41,400 bases of DNA from Rudaea sp. (GTDB lineage Bacteria; Pseudomonadota; Gammaproteobacteria; Xanthomonadales; Rhodanobacteraceae), in assembly GCA_035712685.1 (NCBI GenBank), contig DASTAL010000169.1, forward strand, positions 1-41,400, in the 5' to 3' direction. The position numbers and the translations under genes were made by a program. Positions 34,992 through 41,400 of the stretch are shown here, one piece after another; the first letter of the stretch is position 1, and every line of letters begins with the position of its first letter. Below the pieces are notes generated by a model. That model had not been told where the DNA came from. It saw nothing but the letters and a program-made list of their open reading frames with translations, and made no database searches.

Positions 34992-35173
34992 TGCACCGCC
35001 TTCGCCAGCGCGGCGCGTGCGCTCCAATACGCCGCGACCAGGATTCGCGAGGCCGCGCAATACTCTGAATGACTCAACTCTCCCGCCTGATAGCGCGTCA
35101 GCAGGGGCCGTGATTGCGCCTCGTATTGGTCCTCGATGCTTTGCCGATCAGGCGTGAACTTCGGCGCGTTCAT
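34988..35173 (-). CDS. Hypothetical protein, 61 aa
   Basis: MNAPKFTP...ARAALAKA; ATGA overlaps. Confidence 0.65.
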   Translation of the reverse strand: MNAPKFTPDRQSIEDQYEAQSRPLLTRYQAGELSHSEYCAASRILVAAYWSARAALAKAVQ

Positions 35174-35346
35174 GCGAACCCCCAAGCAATCGCAATGAAT
35201 GCCACGAACGCCACCGCGCCAGCGATGAAGCACAGCAGCGCAGGCGTCAGGTCGTCGCAGCCGCGCGGGCCAGCGTCTGAAAATGACTCGACCTTCGGCA
35301 GGCTGAAAGGCGGCTCGCCGCGGCTCATCGGATCGCGGCGCTTCAT
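35170..35346 (-). CDS. Small protein with a C-terminal TM, 58 aa (not in ORF track)
   Basis: GGAGG SD; MKRRDPMS...LLCFIAGAVAFVAFIAIAWGFA; ATGA overlaps on both sides. Confidence 0.65.
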   Translation of the reverse strand: MKRRDPMSRGEPPFSLPKVESFSDAGPRGCDDLTPALLCFIAGAVAFVAFIAIAWGFA

Positions 35347-35603
35347 GGCGACACCTCCCCAAGCAGCTTCACGGCCGCCTCGTACTTCGCCCGCTCGCTG
35401 GCGCGCAGGTCAGTCCGCAGACGCACGATGGCGACCATGTGTTTGAGGCAGCCGACAAGCTCGGGAACGCGCACGATCCCGCGCGAGTCGCCGTTGGTGT
35501 ACACGACGCACACGGTGTCGCCGCGGGCGTCGCGAACTTCGGTGACGTGCCGACGCCCGGTCTGGACGGTGCGCCATGGAGCCTTGGAAAATTTCGTGGC
35601 CAT
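35343..35603 (-). CDS. Hypothetical protein, 86 aa
   Basis: MATKFSKAPW start, similar to common xxTPGPW phage proteins. Confidence 0.7.
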   Translation of the reverse strand: MATKFSKAPWRTVQTGRRHVTEVRDARGDTVCVVYTNGDSRGIVRVPELVGCLKHMVAIVRLRTDLRASERAKYEAAVKLLGEVSP

Positions 35604-35607
35604 GGCA

Positions 35608-35940
35608 TCAGTCCCAATACGGCCGGCCGTACACCGCGGGCGCGCGGCCTTCGGCGCGATCCACGTACTCGCGGTAGTAGTCGTGCGAGTCCGGAATGCT
35701 TTCGCCCTGGCAGTGGATACGGTCTTTGCCGAGCAACTGCGCCAGTTCGGCACCATCGGCTTCGCTCAGGTAATCGAAAGGCTGAACACGGCGCGCAGGC
35801 GGCGCGCTGATCGTGATCCAGCCGTACGCCGTGCCGCGGCCACCAGTCACGCTCCACGCCTTGCCCGAGCGTTTGCGCAGCGCGGTTCTGATCCGCGCGA
35901 TCGTTTCGTTGCGATTGAAGTTGAAGCCTTGTTCGTTCAT
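35608..35940 (-). CDS. Hypothetical protein, first gene of the pL operon, 110 aa
   Basis: GGGAG upstream; IRTALRKRSGKAWSVTGGRGTAYGW. Confidence 0.78.
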   Translation of the reverse strand: MNEQGFNFNRNETIARIRTALRKRSGKAWSVTGGRGTAYGWITISAPPARRVQPFDYLSEADGAELAQLLGKDRIHCQGESIPDSHDYYREYVDRAEGRAPAVYGRPYWD

Positions 35941-35971
35941 ATCCCGTCTCCCGTTCTGATCAACGGAAACG

Positions 35972-36014
35972 AGATTACCAAACGGTAATTTGCCTGTCAA
36001 TACCTTTTAGTAAT
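35972..36014 (-). promoter_or_regulatory. pL promoter with two operators
   Basis: TTGACA (36000-35995), 17 nt, TAATCT with TGn; ATTACCaaacGGTAAT (35974-35989) and AATACCttttAGTAAT (35999-36014). Confidence 0.85.
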
Positions 36015-36055
36015 TTTCTTTTCAACGCCGCTACGTGGCGTTCCGCGGCGCCTTC

Positions 36056-36334
36056 TCAATGACTGCTGGACGCCTTACCCGGCGCGCCCCACTGCTTGAC
36101 CGCCTGCCGATATTTCGCGGCCAAGGTGGCCGCTTGGGTTTCCTGTTCCGGGGTCAGGTGCTCGGGAAGGACGACGGGAATGCGGTCATTGCCCGCGTTG
36201 ACGACGTGCACGTCTTGGACGTCCGGAGGGGAGGGAATGGCACCCAGAATCCGATTTCCCTGGACGATCACCGCGGCCAGGATGGCGACCAGGAGACCGC
36301 AGATGCACGCGAACCCGGCAATTCTGATACCCAC
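36056..36334 (-). CDS. Membrane-anchored protein downstream of the repressor, 92 aa
   Basis: GGAGG SD and GTG start; N-terminal TM; lies between cI and pL. Confidence 0.65.
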   Translation of the reverse strand: MGIRIAGFACICGLLVAILAAVIVQGNRILGAIPSPPDVQDVHVVNAGNDRIPVVLPEHLTPEQETQAATLAAKYRQAVKQWGAPGKASSSH

Positions 36335-36456
36335 GTCGCACCTCCACAATCGTTGACGTTCTTGCATTGCGAAGCCGTCTCACCCGATGGAACCTGCGCG
36401 GGCTTGGATATTTCATTCAAGCACTACAGGGGGCTGTATGTCGATTGATCTAGATC

Positions 36457-36987
36457 CTACTTTTCGGGCTTGGTGCGCGCAGCAGAACCGCCGCGCTGTC
36501 GAGCTTTCCCAGCCGCTGCCTCTTCGCTCTGAACTTCGCGCGCGATACTTACGAGCCCAGCAAGAAAGCCATGCTCCGTCGAAAAGTTGCGCTCCTTGGC
36601 CGAGGCCATCACATCATCCAGGAATAGCGCAGCTACGCCCTGCGAGCCACGAAACACCGACAGCGCAAGGCTCTCGAGACCAATCCGAACGGCCTCCGCA
36701 TCGTCACCTGCACGTGGTATCCGGATGAGTGGGGCTAGGTTGGCCTGATCTGGCAGCGGGGACACGAGGAAGCCTTTCGGCATGCCGCCCTGAATTTCGA
36801 GTTTGCGCGCCCGCTTCTCACTGAAGGATTTTGTGCGCAGCAGTCCCGATAGTTCGCCTTGGTTGATTGCGTGCCCGCGTTTCTTCGCGTCGGCAAGGAA
36901 CGACGCCTGCGAGCCCTCGAACCGATCGACGATCCAGTCCCGAAGGCGCTTGCGGCGCACTGCAACGATTTCAGAGTCCCTGGGCAT
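36457..36987 (-). CDS. cI: Prophage repressor (HTH, no S24 peptidase domain)
   Basis: RRKRLR..GSQASF...ELSGLL..SFSEKRARKLE..GMPKGFL; divergent from cro across the operators. Confidence 0.8.
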   Translation of the reverse strand: MPRDSEIVAVRRKRLRDWIVDRFEGSQASFLADAKKRGHAINQGELSGLLRTKSFSEKRARKLEIQGGMPKGFLVSPLPDQANLAPLIRIPRAGDDAEAVRIGLESLALSVFRGSQGVAALFLDDVMASAKERNFSTEHGFLAGLVSIAREVQSEEAAAGKARQRGGSAARTKPEK

Positions 36988-37000
36988 AAGGTCAGTATCG

Positions 37001-37057
37001 ATTACCGTCCAGTAAATGACCAAAAGGTATTGACAGCCAATTACTGAATGGTAATAT
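37001..37057 (+). promoter_or_regulatory. OR operators and pR promoter
   Basis: ATTACCgtccAGTAAA, ATGACCaaaaGGTATT, ATTACTgaatGGTAAT; TTGACA 37030-37035, 16 nt, TGn-TAATAT 37052-37057. Confidence 0.85.
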
Positions 37058-37063
37058 CGGGCG

Positions 37064-37282
37064 ATGGAGACTCTTCGCGCCTACTTGGCAACCCTGACGC
37101 CCGACGAGCAAACCGAATTTGCGGTTCGCGCCGGGACCACCCTCGGCTACTTGCGCAAGGCCCTCTCGGTCCAGCCCCGCCTGGACGGCGCGCTGGTTCG
37201 ACGCTTGTGGGTTGAAAGCGACGGCGCCGTCTCCCGACACGACTTGCGGCCTGACATCTGGCCGCTGAAAGACGCAGCTTAA
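37064..37282 (+). CDS. cro: Cro-like (YdaS family) regulator
   Basis: FAVRAGTTLGYLRK HTH, GAVSRHDLRPDIW. Confidence 0.88.
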   Translation: METLRAYLATLTPDEQTEFAVRAGTTLGYLRKALSVQPRLDGALVRRLWVESDGAVSRHDLRPDIWPLKDAA

Positions 37283-37377
37283 AACCCGCGGCAGCGACGA
37301 ACTGCCGCGGGATTCCAGCGCGGGCAAGGGATGCCCGCCAACACTTCAGGGACGCTCGCAACGCCGCAGGAGGCGTC

Positions 37378-37605
37378 ATGGGCGACAACACCGAAGATGT
37401 CCGCACCAAGATTTCGGCCGAAGAGCACGAATTCTTGAGTGCTGTGGCGCTTGGAACGGGGGAAGAAATCGCTTCCATCACGCGCCGTCTCATCCGTGAG
37501 TTCCTCGCTGCCAAGCGCCACGAATACACGATAGCGGCGCGGTTTTCGGAGGCGAAGGGAATTGCGGGGATGCCGGCGGGAACCGTCAGGCGTCAGCGCC
37601 CATGA
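37378..37605 (+). CDS. CII-position small DNA-binding protein
   Basis: AGGAGG SD; DVRTKIS strand followed by helices (ribbon-helix-helix-like). Confidence 0.7.
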   Translation: MGDNTEDVRTKISAEEHEFLSAVALGTGEEIASITRRLIREFLAAKRHEYTIAARFSEAKGIAGMPAGTVRRQRP

Positions 37606-37994
37606 CCCACGACTTCGCCGCCGAACGCGCACGGGCGCAAGCTGCCATCGCTGCCGGGAAGGTCAGGCCCGGCGAGCCATGGGCGCCCGTTGCGCACCTT
37701 TACCGCCGCACCGATCCGACCCCGAGCAGGCAAGCCGCCGAGCACGTCACCGCCATCGGCAGCCGCGCCGACCACCTGAAACGCATCATCGCCGCCGTCG
37801 TCGCGCGCCCGGGTCGCACCAGCGCCGAGCTTGCCCAAGACATCGGCATGGAGCGCCACGAGGCCGCACGCCGCACCGCCGACGCCGCCAATGCCGGCCT
37901 GATCGTCCGCGGCCCGAACAAGACCTGCAGCGTCGGCGGCAGGGCTGCCGTCACCTGGTGGCCGCGCCGCGCCGCACTTCCGGAGGCCGCTTGA
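37602..37994 (+). CDS. Winged-helix DNA-binding protein
   Basis: RRTDPTPSRQAA, PGRTSAELAQ, RTADAANAGLI, TWW. Confidence 0.75.
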   Translation: MTHDFAAERARAQAAIAAGKVRPGEPWAPVAHLYRRTDPTPSRQAAEHVTAIGSRADHLKRIIAAVVARPGRTSAELAQDIGMERHEAARRTADAANAGLIVRGPNKTCSVGGRAAVTWWPRRAALPEAA

Positions 37995-38236
37995 TGAACG
38001 TGATCGTCTCTGTCCGCGACATCGACGGCGTCATGCACGCCCGAGCTTTCGAGCCCGACGAAGCCGCCAAGGCTCGCGCGTACCTGTCCGGAATCCTGCC
38101 GCACGCCGAGGAACGCGAGCAGCCCGGCATCGTGCGCGCGCTCGCCTCGCTCGATCGCATCGTCGACCCGCTGCACGCGTATGACGACGTCTACACCATG
38201 CCGAACGCCGTGCCGGCGTGGGTGCCGGATCCATGA
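37994..38236 (+). CDS. Hypothetical protein, 80 aa
   Basis: GGAGG SD, TGATG overlap. Confidence 0.7.
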   Translation: MNVIVSVRDIDGVMHARAFEPDEAAKARAYLSGILPHAEEREQPGIVRALASLDRIVDPLHAYDDVYTMPNAVPAWVPDP

Positions 38237-39105
38237 GTCGGGCGCGCAACATCAAGCCAGGGTTTTTCAAGAACGAGGACCTGGTCGAGCTGCCGTTCGA
38301 ATACCGGCTTTTGTACATCGGGCTCTGGACGCTCGCCGACCGCGAGGGCCGACTTGAGGATCGACCCAAGCGCATCAGGATGGAAGTCTTTCCCGGCGAC
38401 GAGGTCAACATCGAGGCGGGAATGTCTGCCTTGCACAGTGCTGGTTTCGTGCACCGATACAAAGTCGACGGTGTCGCGTATGTGTCTATTCCTGCTTGGA
38501 AAAAGCACCAGAACCCGCATTGTCGCGAGGCCGCGTCTAGGATACCTCCGCCAAGCAAGGCAAGTGCAAGCACAGTGCCAGAACGGTGCGCGCACAGTTC
38601 TAGCCCGGCTGATTCTCTGATTCCTGATTCTCTGATTCCTGATTCAAAAGCTGCTGTAGATACACCCACGCAAGATTCCGCGCGCGACCCCGAACCGCCG
38701 CCCTCGCCAAGCGAGCGCGAAAGCGCAGCACCCACGCTGCCCATCAGCGAAGGCGCCCGAGCCTGCCTCGCCATGCGCCAGGCCGGAGCTATCCGCGTCA
38801 ATCCCTCGCACCCGATCCTGCTCGCCGGCATCGCCGAAGGCGCAACGCCCGAGATGTACGCCAACGCCGTTCGAGAAGCTATCGACCGCGGCAAGAGCGA
38901 ACCCTTCGCCTACGCCATCGCCGCCGTGCGAGGCCAGCTCGCCGAAGCCAAACAACCACCCCAGGAGCCCACCCATGCAAACCGCAGCCCAAGCCGCAAG
39001 CGCAGCGTTGTCGAGCGTGTCGAAGCCGCCATCGTCGAGCGACGCGAACGCGAAGCCGCTGCGGCAGCCCCAGGCACCGCGCTTGTCGCAAAACTCGCTG
39101 GATAA
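38233..39105 (+). CDS. Replication initiator (O-like)
   Basis: RARNIKPGFFKNEDL...LWTLADREGRLEDRPKRI; internal repeats. Confidence 0.85.
   Translation: MSRARNIKPGFFKNEDLVELPFEYRLLYIGLWTLADREGRLEDRPKRIRMEVFPGDEVNIEAGMSALHSAGFVHRYKVDGVAYVSIPAWKKHQNPHCREAASRIPPPSKASASTVPERCAHSSSPADSLIPDSLIPDSKAAVDTPTQDSARDPEPPPSPSERESAAPTLPISEGARACLAMRQAGAIRVNPSHPILLAGIAEGATPEMYANAVREAIDRGKSEPFAYAIAAVRGQLAEAKQPPQEPTHANRSPSRKRSVVERVEAAIVERREREAAAAAPGTALVAKLAG
38609..38645 (+). repeat. Five CTGATTC repeats, probable origin region
   Basis: CTGATTC at 38609, 38617, 38624, 38632 and 38639 inside the initiator linker. Confidence 0.65.
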
Positions 39106-39637
39106 TTTTTGGGCCCGCATGGCCGCCATGTTCGGCAACACCTGGGCAAGCCAGTTCGGCGAATCCCCCACCGGACTCGCCGGCGATACCTGGGGCGCCG
39201 CGCTCGCCGGCATCACCCCGTCGCAAATTTCCGCAGGCCTGCACGCCACGCTCGCGCTCGGCGCCGAGTTTCCACCCAGCGCGCCACACTTCCGCGCGCT
39301 CTGCTTCGGCATCCCCAGCTTCGCCGCGTTCCGCCACGAAATGACCCATGCCCACGTGCCGCGTTCGCCCTTCGGCGTCAAGGCCTGGGAGTTCGTCGAT
39401 GCGTTCCGGATGCGACAAGCCGACCAGCGAGAAGCTGACCGGATCGCGCGAGATGCCTATGACCTGGCGAAAGATTTCGTGATGCGCGGCGGCGAGCTGC
39501 CCGAGGTTCACGCGGCGCTGCGTGCACCGCTCGAACCGGAGCGCAAACCGCCTGCGCCGCCCGAGGTTGCGAAGGCGCACCTCGACAAGCTGCGCGAGAT
39601 GCTGGCCGATCCTGCGGACGAGGGAGATCAGGCATGA
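38975..39637 (+). CDS. P-like replication (helicase loader) protein
   Basis: AGGAG SD; FWARMAAMFGNTWASQFGE...FPPSAPHFRALC; overlaps the O-like gene. Confidence 0.7.
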   Translation: MQTAAQAASAALSSVSKPPSSSDANAKPLRQPQAPRLSQNSLDNFWARMAAMFGNTWASQFGESPTGLAGDTWGAALAGITPSQISAGLHATLALGAEFPPSAPHFRALCFGIPSFAAFRHEMTHAHVPRSPFGVKAWEFVDAFRMRQADQREADRIARDAYDLAKDFVMRGGELPEVHAALRAPLEPERKPPAPPEVAKAHLDKLREMLADPADEGDQA

Positions 39638-40098
39638 CGTCGGACGCCAGCAGCGAAACGGTGCGCGGTTACGTGTTCTTCGTCTACGGCATGCCCGCGC
39701 CGCAAGGCTCGAAGAAGTTCGTCGGCATGGTCAAAGGCCACGGCGTGATGGTCGAGTCGTCGAAGAAGGTCAAACCGTGGCGCCAGGACGTGAAGGCCAG
39801 GGCGATCGAGGTGCGCGAAGGCGCTGCGCCGCTTGAGGGTCCACTGGTCGCGCGGATGGTGTTCACGCTGCCGAAGCCGATGTCGGCACCGAAGCGCAAG
39901 CGCACTTACGCCGACAAGAAACCGGACCTGTCCAAGCTGGTGCGATCGACCGAGGACGCGCTCACCGATGCCGGGCTCTGGCGCGACGACGCGCGCGTGA
40001 TCGAGTACACGCGGCTCGCGAAAGTGTTCCCCGGCGAAGATCCCGAGGCGCTGTCGTCGCCCGGTGTGCGCATCATGGTCCAGCAGGCGCACCCCTGA
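39634..40098 (+). CDS. rusA: RusA Holliday junction resolvase
   Basis: PAPQGSK, KPDLSKLVRSTEDAL, WRDDARV. Confidence 0.92.
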   Translation: MTSDASSETVRGYVFFVYGMPAPQGSKKFVGMVKGHGVMVESSKKVKPWRQDVKARAIEVREGAAPLEGPLVARMVFTLPKPMSAPKRKRTYADKKPDLSKLVRSTEDALTDAGLWRDDARVIEYTRLAKVFPGEDPEALSSPGVRIMVQQAHP

Positions 40099-40472
40099 TG
40101 GCGACCGTCAACGACCGCTTGAACAAGCTCGGCGGCGCCGCGCACGCGCACGAGCGCAAGCTCACGTTCACGCCCGAGGCATTGCGCGCAGCCAAGCGCC
40201 GCGAACGCCTGGCGCGCGAACAGCGCGAGGCCTCGAAGGGACGTTTCGCGCTCGGCGATGTCGTCGAGTGGACGCCGCAAGCCGAGCTGCACTACGGCCG
40301 CGTCGTCGAGATCGTGCCGGCAGGCCGCTATCCGTCAAAGCGACCAAGCCTGCGCGTTTATGGCTACTACCGCGACCACGAGAGCTACGTCGTCGAATGC
40401 AAGGGCGATGGCTGCTACTGGCCGCGGGTTCCGCTGCTGCGCCGCACGGAGGGATCAGGCGATGATGCGTAG
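40098..40472 (+). CDS. Hypothetical protein, 124 aa
   Basis: TGATG overlap; FALGDVVEWT...RDHESYVV..YWPRV (SH3-like). Confidence 0.72.
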   Translation: MATVNDRLNKLGGAAHAHERKLTFTPEALRAAKRRERLAREQREASKGRFALGDVVEWTPQAELHYGRVVEIVPAGRYPSKRPSLRVYGYYRDHESYVVECKGDGCYWPRVPLLRRTEGSGDDA

Positions 40473-40950
40473 AGGCAACCGCGATGATGTCGTCGTCACC
40501 GAATCGGTTACTGATTCCGGGCTGCGTTCGCTCATGATGCGAATCGTCGATCAGCGTCTGCAGCAGTGGGCGGTCGAATATCGCGATCACCCGACGCGTG
40601 CGTGGACGATCCTCGCCAGGCTGATAGATCACGCTGGCTTCGTGCCTGACGTGCGCGGCCACGTGCCAACACCGATCAACACGCAAGCCGATGAGATAGA
40701 GCAGATCGTGCAACGCATGAGCACGAACGGCATGCACAAAGCCGCGATGGTGCTGCGCTGCGAATACTTCGACAAACACTCACCGGATGAGGCAAGGCTT
40801 GAGCATCTACGTGCAGTCGGGTGCAAAACGAGCCGGAGTGGTTACTACGAATTGCTCAACATCGCCAAGTTCTACGTTGCCGGAGCGATCAACGTGAGTG
40901 AAAAAATTGGGAGGGTCGGCGATGCGGTACGGTCGTTCAAATCATCTTGA
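40462..40950 (+). CDS. Q-like late antiterminator
   Basis: GGAGG SD; RLQQWA...VLRCEY...YYELLNIAKFYVAGAI; lies upstream of a promoter-terminator pair. Confidence 0.6.
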   Translation: MMRRGNRDDVVVTESVTDSGLRSLMMRIVDQRLQQWAVEYRDHPTRAWTILARLIDHAGFVPDVRGHVPTPINTQADEIEQIVQRMSTNGMHKAAMVLRCEYFDKHSPDEARLEHLRAVGCKTSRSGYYELLNIAKFYVAGAINVSEKIGRVGDAVRSFKSS

Positions 40951-41332
40951 AATAGCGAATGACTTGCACGCCGTGTACTGCGCGTTCGCGGAGGATGAAG
41001 GTTGGGTCTACGTGAAGATTGGCATGAGCGTGCGACCTTTTCAGCGAGTCAAGACGTTGACCACAGGATGCCCATTCGAGATCAAGCGCTTCGTGTTTTG
41101 CCACATCGGCAACATGCACGTCGCGCGCAGTTTCGAGGCGCTCGCAAAGGGCGCCCTCATGGATCACAGAACGCGAGGCGAGTGGTACAGGTTCAAGCCA
41201 GAGATGGGCGCGGAGTTCCAGCGCATCATCCGCGCGGTGTATCGAAAGGCGCTCGGGTTTGATCGCCCGCTCAAGTGGACGGAGGTGCCTTACGAGACCT
41301 ATCACGCCAACCCGATGCACGCGCGCGCTTGA
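40922..41332 (+). CDS. GIY-YIG / T5orf172-family protein
   Basis: VY...YVKIGMS..PFQRVKTLTTGCP...RGEWY; its stop overlaps the TTGACA of the late promoter. Confidence 0.85.
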   Translation: MRYGRSNHLEIANDLHAVYCAFAEDEGWVYVKIGMSVRPFQRVKTLTTGCPFEIKRFVFCHIGNMHVARSFEALAKGALMDHRTRGEWYRFKPEMGAEFQRIIRAVYRKALGFDRPLKWTEVPYETYHANPMHARA

Positions 41333-41400
41333 CATCCGCCTGAATATCGCGATCATGTGCCACCAGTGGGTTAATCCCACCAAACATCCAAACCCGCCCA

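Noticed and set aside
41260-41400. Biological direct terminal repeat
   Set aside because: It cuts through a gene, and its length equals a common assembler k-mer size; most likely a circular overlap.

Overview
This window is the complete circular genome (41,259 bp; positions 1-141 repeat at 41260-41400) of a temperate podovirus in its excised, attP-containing form. It has an epsilon15/BPP-1-like virion module and a lambdoid early region. The + strand late operon runs terS, terL, portal, scaffold, capsid, cement, adaptor, a nozzle split into two genes, a lysis cassette, ejection proteins and a tailspike. It is followed by attP (3' half of tRNA-Asn), int/xis, a leftward early operon (RecE/RecT-like, HNH nucleases, small accessory genes), a cI/cro switch, O/P-like replication genes, RusA, a Q-like antiterminator and a GIY-YIG protein. 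The main find is at 28387-30162: five integron-type gene cassettes, each closed by a canonical attC site, behind an attI-like site. The phage encodes no integron integrase. Every cassette gene is inverted so that it is read from the phage pL transcript, and the attC sites supply some start, stop and Shine-Dalgarno signals. Deleting the array in silico restores the stop codon of the resident phage gene. The second find is an enlarged polyvalent ejection protein (Zeta-toxin-like kinase, HExxE domain, ddrB-ParB-like domain) with small genes nested in an alternative frame of its linkers. One of these has its own -10, SD and terminator directly after the toxin domain and is a candidate antitoxin. 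Family assignments come from motif recognition and synteny; no searches were run.
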